From a virus (lineage: Duplodnaviria; Caudoviricetes): a stretch of DNA of 55,841 nt. Below the pieces are notes generated by a model, which did no database searches, was not told the origin of the DNA, and worked only from the letters and a program-made list of their open reading frames with translations. Position 1 is the first letter of the stretch. Each line of letters begins with the position of its first letter. Positions 28,001-36,069 of this stretch are shown one piece after another. Made by a program: the position numbers and the translations under genes. Location: IMG/VR virus record IMGVR_UViG_3300037339_000150, positions 1-55,841 of that record; one strand, written 5' to 3'.

Positions 28001-28388
28001 CGCCGTAGGCTATGCCGGAAGGCCCGACAAGGCTCTCGTTCTGGGTTGGGTCAACGACATACGTTGCGTCCGCGAACCAGTCCTCAAGCCACGCGGCGTC
28101 TTTTGGCCCCACGGGGATGTTGTTCATGGCGACCTTCATCGCCTCTTCGTCGATGCCGCTGGGCAACGCTCCTACCGCCGAATGGAAATCTCCCGGAAGG
28201 CTTCCCCCAACTTCGCCGGGCCTGCCCTCATGCCCGAAATGCCCAGAGCCGGGTCCACCGCGGATAACGGGTGCTACCTCGATGATGTCCACGTCGGCGG
28301 TAGGAACAACGCCATGCAGGTTAGCCGCGATTCTCTCTCGCGTTTCTGGGCTGTAGTAGACCTCGGACTCGGTACTAAGCGGTCTCAT
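25050..28388 (-). CDS. Triply tagged polyprotein (unknown domain, Zn finger, HExxH domain)
   Basis: Start re-assigned to ATG 28388 (ATGA overlap); three tags; CKSCG...LCAYCY; HEFVH...EYVAR. Confidence 0.8.
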   Translation of the reverse strand: MRPLSTESEVYYSPETRERIAANLHGVVPTADVDIIEVAPVIRGGPGSGHFGHEGRPGEVGGSLPGDFHSAVGALPSGIDEEAMKVAMNNIPVGPKDAAWLEDWFADATYVVDPTQNESLVGPSGIAYGVAGMGGHDAAGSEALTKLGQAKLEAGEVPPITTTVFDGSELAIELFDETVGPEQDGWDRDENGTLAFQFITHMAGEAFPIRLTVEKQEDGKYAIITRSNRGSVRFDMLSSRIGSAQEIAGSDRFAHFESEEKAKQYMEALAFGKASTFTIDVIGSGEGTRSYMFARVPPEALEAVGLDPSKNIVPEYNWTDSHVPPILASTEEDAAEQLVKYVEGRTSQSADRSFAMSGTGNITGEDAILAMGFLRISRTGGERGPDVGISWNAAAGLTDAQRRVAVKVAKDTVERDGRMAFERSGAYEPTRQRFGNRVQGLFLHLPDNHFTSTLQGKSLALRSHDGIPAWAQRVLIQRGGPGSGHHGHAGRPGEVGGSQPGDFHSAPIDNSRFRRGSGVYPCKSCGKMTRATGFSEENVDLCAYCYEESGLENALQDGDITEAEFDKQIDQLRTLHHRDEQGKPLPEPVKEKRPRKPRPKLPTLEPQKVGDYYFGNAADGGGGIYATEHGDITEGTRRIGFMPGWPQSYPAKARIRPSAKGGFNLTLEQGYNKWGGGYYESLPEAAEAGASWLAATRNGKAPSDAADELVKRGGPGSGHRGHEGREGERGGSSPGDRLPKDRGEQMKQAKQDFQSEPPKKREPVGAVASHIGPGYRVNLTAEAFSKYRPAVSAALEWAAREFKQMFGGQVEGVTIHDDPVAFVEANIPEMYAETMAKLGEKDKREVEAGLREDFGRSLASYNSETKQVLVNVGKHIQPDGALDTEGVMASATHEFVHWATFGSGRDEIWKEVKVPRAFKDIFRGSYGESLIKQEYVARVVSSEMRGSDMLTMPGDTEALAMTEQDHKNARVLMDKISNAFVAPNLEMPTTLRASPEQLVDVTVPDGLGNFWGRAVPESELDSLPAGSTVNAIYAMLKGEEAFEEGRTIRPDILSLNWLDETDPARHPVRAQITKKPRLDDVTMAVRSQDNVLERVLDTIGGALRELMGMKHG

Positions 28389-30532
28389 CGCCAGTTCCTT
28401 TCGCCAAACATGCTGTCGAATGCCGCCGCAATGGGCTGGAAATCCTTGTCCTCCCATGCCATAGGTGGATGCCCGGCCTTCGCTCCGTCTTGATAGTCCT
28501 TCACTCCCTTGAGCATCCGTTCATCACCGGAACGCACGGCGACGTATTGGGCATAGGCCCTCGCGAACAACTCCTCCGGCTCCCTGAGATAGCGCATGGT
28601 ATCGCGGTCATAGATGAGTTTCACTTTGCTTCCGGGCCAAGCCCTGTACGGCATAGTGTCCACTTTCAGGGCGTCGTATGCCTTCGATAGTTTGATGGCT
28701 TTCATCACGCCATACATGCCTTTGCTCTCAGCGCCAAGATACCAGACCGCTCGCGAGCCTTGCACTGGCTTATCGTAATCTCCCCAGTCGCCGCCCGACC
28801 TCTGTATCTCTCGGAAAGCCGACCAGTCCAGTAGATGCCCGAACTCATGGGCGACCGTGAACTCAAGGTGCTGTGGAATGCCATTTGGCGTTTCGCCTTC
28901 AGGGAGAATGCGGAGCGCCATGTTCTTGATTGCGAAATGTCCCGGCCCCCTCTCTACCCTGAGATGTCCGACATTCATAGATGTCGGGGACAACAGAGTG
29001 ACCTTCAGGTTGAGGGGAACACTGTCAATCCCGTGAACTGAGTCGATGGTTTCGAGCGCGCCCACAACCGGCTTCCACTTCTCAGTGCGCGGGACTTTCA
29101 GGGCTTCCGTTGCCGAATGGAGGTCCGATGACCGCCCGCCACGCGACTCGGCCGAATGGAAATCGCCGGGCTGACTGCCGCCGACCTGTCCGGGACGACC
29201 CTCGTGGCCGAAGTGACCGGAACCCGCTCCGCCGCGGCCAATCAGGACAGCGCGCGCCCACTCGGACATTTCCAAGAAGGAGCGTTCTGTAATGCGGCTA
29301 GGGCCGGTCGTCTGCAATGCAAGCACGAAGTCATTGGAGGGCCATTCGGTAGCCTCTCCCCATCGGACCCCGCTCTCCCAAGCAAACTCAGGGCGTTGGT
29401 TTTCAATCTGATGCCTAGCAATCTTGGTCGCCACTCTGCGCTGTGCATCCGTGAGCTTCACATTGCCGTCCCAGTTGAACCCGGAGCCGCCACCCGATGT
29501 GGTGCCGCCACGGCTGACGCGCATGAACCCCAGAGCAAGCATGGCCGTCTCGCCGTTATTGACGGCACGAGACCCGATCCCGCCAATCGTATCCCTCGAA
29601 GCCGCCTTGTTCAGCGCGTCCTGTACGGCCTTCTTGGCGTCGTCCAGTGTCTCGAAATCACCAGAGAATGAGCCTGCGTTTCTCGTATATCCGCGGACGT
29701 TCACGCTGAACGGCTTGTCTGGGTCGAGGGCCGCTACTGGACGCCATTCTGTTATCTCGCCATAGTCATAGATGTCGTTCTTCACGTTCCACTCGTTGAC
29801 GATTGGGAACATCATCTCGACGACTCTCTTCTTCATCATTTCGGCCGTTCCGACGAATGGTGTTCCCCCCAGAAGGGAGTGGTCCTCCCGGTAGTTCTCT
29901 GTCTCAAGCCTTCCGTGCCAAACCTCGAAGCCGGTATCGGGGTACGCCATGAAGTTCCATACAGGCCCCTTGGCAAACTCCATCGGATATGGATTGAACT
30001 CAAAGACCTTCCTCCGCTCGTCGTCATGGATGGTTTCCCATTGAGGCGAAGGGGCGTCCTGCGGAACCTCCTCGAATGTCAAATCCTTGATTTCCACTGT
30101 TTCAGCGGCTTCCGGGTTGCGGTGTCTGGCGTCAACGAGGGCGCGGAACGCTCTCGCCCCCACTTCTTCGTGCCCGAACGGTAGGCCGTCCGAAGCGACA
30201 TAGTTCACATCGTAGGGCTTTCCCGAAGGCCCAATGAACAATTCCGCGTTGAAAAGCTCGTCGCCGGATGGGGACCGTAGGTTCTCCGAGAGCCAGTTCT
30301 CGACCCATTTCTGGTCCTCGGCGCTCCACTCACTCCCGGCAATCCCCGTCTCGTCCGCAAGGCCCGCCGCATTGAAGCCCGGCGCGTCGCCTTCCGCTGA
30401 ATGGAAATCGCTGGGTAGACTGCCGCCAACCTCGCCGGGTCGTCCGGCGTGCCCGTGATGGCCTGATCCGGGTCCGCCACGAATGACGACCCGGCGCATC
30501 AGACCGCGGGTTGGTTGCTGGATGTCAGTCAT
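28385..30532 (-). CDS. Doubly tagged polyprotein with C-terminal metallopeptidase/LPD1-like domain
   Basis: Two tags; HEFGHLLD...YLREPEELFARAYAQY. Confidence 0.8.
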   Translation of the reverse strand: MTDIQQPTRGLMRRVVIRGGPGSGHHGHAGRPGEVGGSLPSDFHSAEGDAPGFNAAGLADETGIAGSEWSAEDQKWVENWLSENLRSPSGDELFNAELFIGPSGKPYDVNYVASDGLPFGHEEVGARAFRALVDARHRNPEAAETVEIKDLTFEEVPQDAPSPQWETIHDDERRKVFEFNPYPMEFAKGPVWNFMAYPDTGFEVWHGRLETENYREDHSLLGGTPFVGTAEMMKKRVVEMMFPIVNEWNVKNDIYDYGEITEWRPVAALDPDKPFSVNVRGYTRNAGSFSGDFETLDDAKKAVQDALNKAASRDTIGGIGSRAVNNGETAMLALGFMRVSRGGTTSGGGSGFNWDGNVKLTDAQRRVATKIARHQIENQRPEFAWESGVRWGEATEWPSNDFVLALQTTGPSRITERSFLEMSEWARAVLIGRGGAGSGHFGHEGRPGQVGGSQPGDFHSAESRGGRSSDLHSATEALKVPRTEKWKPVVGALETIDSVHGIDSVPLNLKVTLLSPTSMNVGHLRVERGPGHFAIKNMALRILPEGETPNGIPQHLEFTVAHEFGHLLDWSAFREIQRSGGDWGDYDKPVQGSRAVWYLGAESKGMYGVMKAIKLSKAYDALKVDTMPYRAWPGSKVKLIYDRDTMRYLREPEELFARAYAQYVAVRSGDERMLKGVKDYQDGAKAGHPPMAWEDKDFQPIAAAFDSMFGERNWR

Positions 30533-33500
30533 TCTTCAACCTTCGAGTGAACCGGGCGACGAAGCTCTTGGTGACGGGCTTGGTCTTCGTGAAGTAGTTG
30601 CGGCCAAACTCCTTGAAACCCTCGACGCCTTCCTCGCCCAACTGCGGCGTCCCGCCCGATCCGACCGCAATGTAGCCCTCCGGCCCGTGAATGAGATAGT
30701 CGCTCCCGGTCATCGTCGTTGAGGGAGTGTAAGCCCCGGTCGAGAAGATGCGGCGCTCCTTGCCTTCGTTGAGAATGCGGTAGGCATCGTCCACCGCCTG
30801 AGCCTTCGTCTGCTCGTTGTAGCGGGACGTGCTCCACTGCAAGACCTTGCCGAGGTTCGTCTTGGAGAGGGGCATACGGCTAGGAACTGGCATTTCTCTC
30901 CCCTCCCAGCGCAGGAGGCTCTCGCCAGCCGCTTTCGCTTCGTCCAGCGTCGGATAGACTTCCCGCCACTCCTTCTTCATGCGTTCGCTTCCGCCGCTCA
31001 CAAGAGCGACGCGCCACCCCTCGGGTTTTTTGGACGGGGAGATGCGCATGGTCCGGCCGAGGGGTTCGTCTCCGGGATCGGTTTTCAGAAGTCCCGTCCC
31101 CAAGAGACCGCCCTTCAAGTCGTCGCTCCAACCGGAAAACGATACCCTGCCGGGATCGACTGGCCCCGAATGGAAATCATCAGGCAAGTCCCACGGCTCC
31201 CGCGTGACGTGATAGGGCGTGTCGCTGAACTTCCAGCCCTTCTCCTCCAAAGAACGGCGCAATTCCGTTCCGTCCTCGGTCGAGTAGCCGAAGTAGAATG
31301 GCTCGCCCTCGAACTCGCCACGCAGGCGCTCCATCAGGGCCGTGGCAATTCCGCGACGCCGTGCATCTTCCCTCACTTCGACCATGTTGATCGAAATGAT
31401 GTCGTCGTATTCCGAGAAGTCGATGTAGCCGATGGTGCGACCTTCCGCATCGAAGGCCCTAATCGTTCCGTCGGTCTGCATGTCGTGGTAGCCCGTAACG
31501 TCAACCTCGATCTTGGCAACGCCGCTCGGCAGACTGCCGCCCTGCTTGCCGGGGCGTCCCTCGTGCCCATGATGCCCGGAACCCGGCCCGCCGCGTTCGA
31601 CGGCCTCAGCGATGCCCTGTCTGGGCTTGGTTTCCTTCGTCTTCTTGGGCGTCTTCTTCTTCGGTTCTTCCGCCGCTGGTTCTTCACCCTCGGTCTCGGC
31701 GTAATACTCGCCCACCTTCTTCCCTGCTTGGTTCGCCGGGAACAACGAGTTGATCCTGTCTTCGAGTTCGTCCCCGCGGAAGGCTTCCCGCATCTGCCCC
31801 AGCGTCAGGTCGTTGGGATCGCTGATATTGTTGGCGTTCATCGTCGCAAGCAGTTGCAGGTTGAACCGGGCCTTGTCGCGTCCCGTGAAGATTTCGTCCT
31901 CGGGATTGGAAATCGGGATCGGCTCGCCGGTGTAGGCGTTGGTGTAGTAGTTCTCGTAGCCGAGTTCCTTGGCCTTGGCGTGCGATGTCTGGATGTTGGC
32001 TTCTGCCTCCTTCCACGACTTCGCGGCCTCAGTCGCAAACGCCGTCAACTCTGGCATGTTCTTCTTGAGAATCTCCGTGGCCCGAGACGCGGCATCCTGC
32101 TCCGAGGCACCCTTGGAGACAAGGTTCTTGACCAGAGCGCCGTGGAGCACAGAGAACTGGGCCACCGCCTGCGACTGGTCTCTCGGAATCTCGAACTCGT
32201 ACTTCTCTGCTAGGCGCATCACCTCGTCCTGAAGCACCTTCGGAAGATCGCCCCACGCCGTATACCGAAGCATCTCTAGCTTTTCTGCGCGTGCGGTCTC
32301 GTCGTCGCCCTTGGCTGGCTCCACCCCGGCTGGGAACATGCCGGTCTTGGCTGGCGCTCCCTTGGGCGCTTCCCCGCCCTGAGCTTCGCCCTTGGCGCTG
32401 GCCGCTGGCTTCTCTGCCGCGGTGCCGCCTGCACCGGGAAGTGATCCGCCCTGATGCTCGGGAATGCCCTCGTGCCCGAAGTGACCGGACCCCGGACCGC
32501 CGCGCTCGATGATGGGGTCGTCAGTGAAGACGTTACCCTTCTTGAACTGAGCGGCAAGCCGGGACTTGGCGTAGAGCAGTGCTTCTCTGCGGCCATCCGG
32601 GGTGTTCGGCCACTTCTTCGTTGAACCCGTGACCGCAATGTAGTTGTCCACGGTATTGACGTGGACAGAATACGTCTTCTTTGGCCTGCCGACGATGCCG
32701 CTGTCGCCGGAATATCGTCCGGTCCCGACGGACGATCCGAAGCGCATGGTTGGATATGGCGGGACACTCACGAAATACTGCCCCTGCTGTCTCTCCAATT
32801 CTCCCTTGCCGTATGCCTCAACGAGCTTCGAGCGGGCGCGCTCGTATTCCGCTTCGCTCTCCGTGATGGAGAGCGGCGCTTCGAGCGACGCGTTGTAGTC
32901 ATTGAAAATCTTGTCGTCGGCGGATTTCTGAATGCGGTGCGCCGCTTCCGTTGCCTTGGTCAGCAGGTCCTCGTGCGTATCGCGCATCTCACGCCATACG
33001 TCGTAGTGGTCTGGCTTCAGCCCAAGACGTTTGGCAATCTCCTGCATCTTGGCTCCCGCCCGCAGGTAGTCGATGTAGTCAATCTCGGCGGCGTCCGGGG
33101 CCTCGGCCCGCATTCTGGCGAGTGTCCAGCCCATATACTCGACGTTCTCGATGTCCGCCATGTCCGATGGCTGTGAGCCTCCCCGCTTGCCGGGCCGACC
33201 CTCGTGCCCGTGGTGGCCTGAACCCGGCCCACCCCGCTCGGTGAGCGCCCTTCCGCCTCCGCCGCCGGTGGCATGGGCGGTTATGCTGAGACCAGCCCCA
33301 TGATTCTGCCCGCCGCACGAGCACTCGCAGTTCGCCCCCTTGGCATAGTAGCATCGGGCATCACAGGGGATCGTGTCCTTGTAGACACCCTTGAGCCTCC
33401 CGATTTCCTTGAGAGGGTTCCCGGTCTTCGGGTTGACCATGCGCGGCGGGTTGCCTGTGTTGTCGCCAGCGCCCCACACCCGGACATACTTGTTGGGTCC

Positions 33501-33911
33501 GGCATCGGGCTTCGGCATCAGGAAGCCCTGCCATTTCGCGGTCTTGCCCTCCGACCATCGCTTGTCGGTGATGTCCGGTATCTCGCCGCGGCGCGCTTCG
33601 GCGTAATACACCTCCGGCCACTCCATCGTCAGGCGCTCGCCGGTCACGGTATCCTTGTAGAACCATCGGCGGCTGATGGCAAAGAACTGCGAGTTGCCCC
33701 ACCCAGTTTCGTGCATTTCCCCAATGGGATACGGCTTGTTCGGCTCCATGATGGCTGGCAGTTCCACGACTTTCTGCCCCGCCTGCTCACGGACATACGG
33801 CTGGACAACAGGCGCGGTTGTAGAAGGCTCCGGCGGCTCCTCGGCCCGCTTGACCACCGTCACCACCCTTGGAAATCGTCCAGCCGTCAGGGTCGGTTTG
33901 TGGTTAGCCAT
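30525..33911 (-). CDS. Triply tagged polyprotein: Cys/His metal-binding domain and GNAT acetyltransferase
   Basis: CDARC..AKG.NCECSCGGQNHG; after the third tag GYIDF...INMVEV...RRRGIATALM (GNAT motif A). Confidence 0.8.
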   Translation of the reverse strand: MANHKPTLTAGRFPRVVTVVKRAEEPPEPSTTAPVVQPYVREQAGQKVVELPAIMEPNKPYPIGEMHETGWGNSQFFAISRRWFYKDTVTGERLTMEWPEVYYAEARRGEIPDITDKRWSEGKTAKWQGFLMPKPDAGPNKYVRVWGAGDNTGNPPRMVNPKTGNPLKEIGRLKGVYKDTIPCDARCYYAKGANCECSCGGQNHGAGLSITAHATGGGGGRALTERGGPGSGHHGHEGRPGKRGGSQPSDMADIENVEYMGWTLARMRAEAPDAAEIDYIDYLRAGAKMQEIAKRLGLKPDHYDVWREMRDTHEDLLTKATEAAHRIQKSADDKIFNDYNASLEAPLSITESEAEYERARSKLVEAYGKGELERQQGQYFVSVPPYPTMRFGSSVGTGRYSGDSGIVGRPKKTYSVHVNTVDNYIAVTGSTKKWPNTPDGRREALLYAKSRLAAQFKKGNVFTDDPIIERGGPGSGHFGHEGIPEHQGGSLPGAGGTAAEKPAASAKGEAQGGEAPKGAPAKTGMFPAGVEPAKGDDETARAEKLEMLRYTAWGDLPKVLQDEVMRLAEKYEFEIPRDQSQAVAQFSVLHGALVKNLVSKGASEQDAASRATEILKKNMPELTAFATEAAKSWKEAEANIQTSHAKAKELGYENYYTNAYTGEPIPISNPEDEIFTGRDKARFNLQLLATMNANNISDPNDLTLGQMREAFRGDELEDRINSLFPANQAGKKVGEYYAETEGEEPAAEEPKKKTPKKTKETKPRQGIAEAVERGGPGSGHHGHEGRPGKQGGSLPSGVAKIEVDVTGYHDMQTDGTIRAFDAEGRTIGYIDFSEYDDIISINMVEVREDARRRGIATALMERLRGEFEGEPFYFGYSTEDGTELRRSLEEKGWKFSDTPYHVTREPWDLPDDFHSGPVDPGRVSFSGWSDDLKGGLLGTGLLKTDPGDEPLGRTMRISPSKKPEGWRVALVSGGSERMKKEWREVYPTLDEAKAAGESLLRWEGREMPVPSRMPLSKTNLGKVLQWSTSRYNEQTKAQAVDDAYRILNEGKERRIFSTGAYTPSTTMTGSDYLIHGPEGYIAVGSGGTPQLGEEGVEGFKEFGRNYFTKTKPVTKSFVARFTRRLKND

Positions 33912-36069
33912 TTCGCAACCTCGCTCTCTGCACCGGGTACAGGTACGCCTTCATCGGGTCTCTGCTCGCCATCAGCAGGTAGGAAAGCCACCGGCGGGAC
34001 GCCGGACCAGTCTCCCAGTTGCAGAAGATCATGGACACGGGAACATCCATCGCCAGAATGGAGCCGCGCCCAACTTGCTCTGTCGCATACTCGGCCGCAA
34101 CCCCCGGAGAGAAGGTCCACGGCGACAGATTGGAAATCTCAACGTTCACCCACCCGCCATCCATCTCGGCAGGCAGGAGCATGTCTGGCGTCTCGATCAG
34201 GCCTCGGTACAGGCGGAGGGTTGAGTCCCTCTCGAACCCCTGCGCCTTCAGGATGTCCTGCGTGTCGTAGTAGAGCACGCGCACAATATCCGGGAGCATC
34301 GTGACCATCCCCCCGGTTTCCAGCCCTGCGTCCTCCATGTAGAACTCGCCCAGCAACCGGCGCTTCCCGTTGTCGTCGAGCGCCGTCCAATCGGTCAAGG
34401 CCATCTGCCCGATGACGCCGGAGATGGTCTTGCCCTTCGCCAGCACCTCGATGGTCTCGTCCGGGTCGCCCTGCACCATCGCCCACCGGGGGATCGGTTC
34501 CCCGCCGAACACGGCCGTCACCGCCTCGGATAGCGCCACCATCTCAGGCCCGAGCGTGGCCCGTTCGAGCGCCGACCCCATGCCATCCAAGAACTCGATG
34601 CGCTCCCGCATGATGGGCGTCGGAATACGGTTGATGACCCCGGCGCGCTCCCCGGCGTCCCGCATGTCCCAACCTTCAGGCATGTGGTAGGCCCGAAGGT
34701 TGTAGCCCAGCCAGCGCAGGAGGCGCTCCCTGTCCCCGTCAAGCGGATTGGAAATCTCAGGCTTCCAGTCAGTCGGGGTCTCGACATCGGTCACAACGAA
34801 CTGCTCGGGCAGGTCGATGGACAGGTAGGCGTGCGCCCGATCCACCATGTCGTCCGGCAAGTCCTTGCCAGTGCGCCAGTCGCTCGTCTTCTTCCGCTCG
34901 CGCTTGGGCGGGCGGTCGGCCCCTGAACGGGAAATGAGTTTCTGTGGAAACAACTTGCTCAAGCCAAGTCCCTCGACGGGAGGGCCTGCGAATGGGTCGT
35001 CGCCTCTCGGGACAGGCGGATCGCCGCCGAAGGACGGGGTGTAAGCAATATCCAGTAGCATGTCGAAGCTCGGGTACAGAGCGACCACGGATTCGAGGGC
35101 GTCGGCCTGAGAGCGCGTTGCTCTCCTTCTGCCAATGACATCGCCTACGGCAGATGTCGTCAGGTTCACCCGCAGATACCCAGCCTCGTACATCATGCCA
35201 ACGCAGGCGGTTTCGTCTAGGTTATATACCTGAACCTTCGCGTTGCCGTTGTCGTCGAATTGCTCTCTGAGTTCCTTGGTCGGAATGGCCTTGAGTAGCG
35301 AAGGCTCGTTGCCGATTGCGTTCCGCATGGTCGTCTTCGCCGACCGCTCGTGGTCCAGCCCGTACCCCCCGATCCACTTTCCGTTCGGCATGAGCCACCA
35401 ACTCGAATCCTGTGTCTTCGCCGTTTGCTTGTGTACCACCTCTGCGGAATCGGTCTCGGTGTACCCCGGATAGAAGTCCGCTAGATAAGCCTTCAGGCCG
35501 TTGTAGATGGCATCGAGTTGGGGGGCCGAGTAGTCAATCGCCCTCAATCCTTCGATGGACGTTCCCGGTCTTCCTGCAACCGCCTGACTGGCCTCGGACG
35601 AATGGAAATCGCCCGGCTGGTCGATGTAGGCTTGCAGGTAGGCCGGAAGGGTGCCGTCCTGAATCATGTTCGCCAGTTTCTCGTTGACGTTCTTGCCGCG
35701 GTAGGCGCTCACCACGCCATCGTCGAAGAGGGTCGCCTTGACCTCAGGCGGAATGCGGGCCTCAAGGAAGTGGGCGCGCTCGTGGGCAAGGATGTCCTCT
35801 TGGTCCGCCTTCGAGTGCCCGAAGAACTTGTCGGGGTCCACCGAAATCGTGCCGTCGGGGTTTGCCATTGCGATAATCTCGCCCCGCAACTTCTCGACGC
35901 GCACGTTGTCCGGCAGACTCCCCCCAACCTCCCCCGGCCGTCCTGCGTGATCGAAGTGGCCTGATCCGGGACCGCCGCGCTCGACCTTGGCGGAATCGCC
36001 ATGCGCGCCTCTCAGTCCCATGAAGAGGCCCTCGTAGGAATCGTCAATCACAAACCCTTGGCTCGTCAT
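33904..36069 (-). CDS. Tagged polyprotein: HExxH domain, unknown domain, degenerate ART-like domain
   Basis: HERAH; WWLMPNG..DHE..GYLRV; LYRGL...LSPWTFS...MDVP, lacking the terminal ExE. Confidence 0.78.
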   Translation of the reverse strand: MTSQGFVIDDSYEGLFMGLRGAHGDSAKVERGGPGSGHFDHAGRPGEVGGSLPDNVRVEKLRGEIIAMANPDGTISVDPDKFFGHSKADQEDILAHERAHFLEARIPPEVKATLFDDGVVSAYRGKNVNEKLANMIQDGTLPAYLQAYIDQPGDFHSSEASQAVAGRPGTSIEGLRAIDYSAPQLDAIYNGLKAYLADFYPGYTETDSAEVVHKQTAKTQDSSWWLMPNGKWIGGYGLDHERSAKTTMRNAIGNEPSLLKAIPTKELREQFDDNGNAKVQVYNLDETACVGMMYEAGYLRVNLTTSAVGDVIGRRRATRSQADALESVVALYPSFDMLLDIAYTPSFGGDPPVPRGDDPFAGPPVEGLGLSKLFPQKLISRSGADRPPKRERKKTSDWRTGKDLPDDMVDRAHAYLSIDLPEQFVVTDVETPTDWKPEISNPLDGDRERLLRWLGYNLRAYHMPEGWDMRDAGERAGVINRIPTPIMRERIEFLDGMGSALERATLGPEMVALSEAVTAVFGGEPIPRWAMVQGDPDETIEVLAKGKTISGVIGQMALTDWTALDDNGKRRLLGEFYMEDAGLETGGMVTMLPDIVRVLYYDTQDILKAQGFERDSTLRLYRGLIETPDMLLPAEMDGGWVNVEISNLSPWTFSPGVAAEYATEQVGRGSILAMDVPVSMIFCNWETGPASRRWLSYLLMASRDPMKAYLYPVQRARLRNG

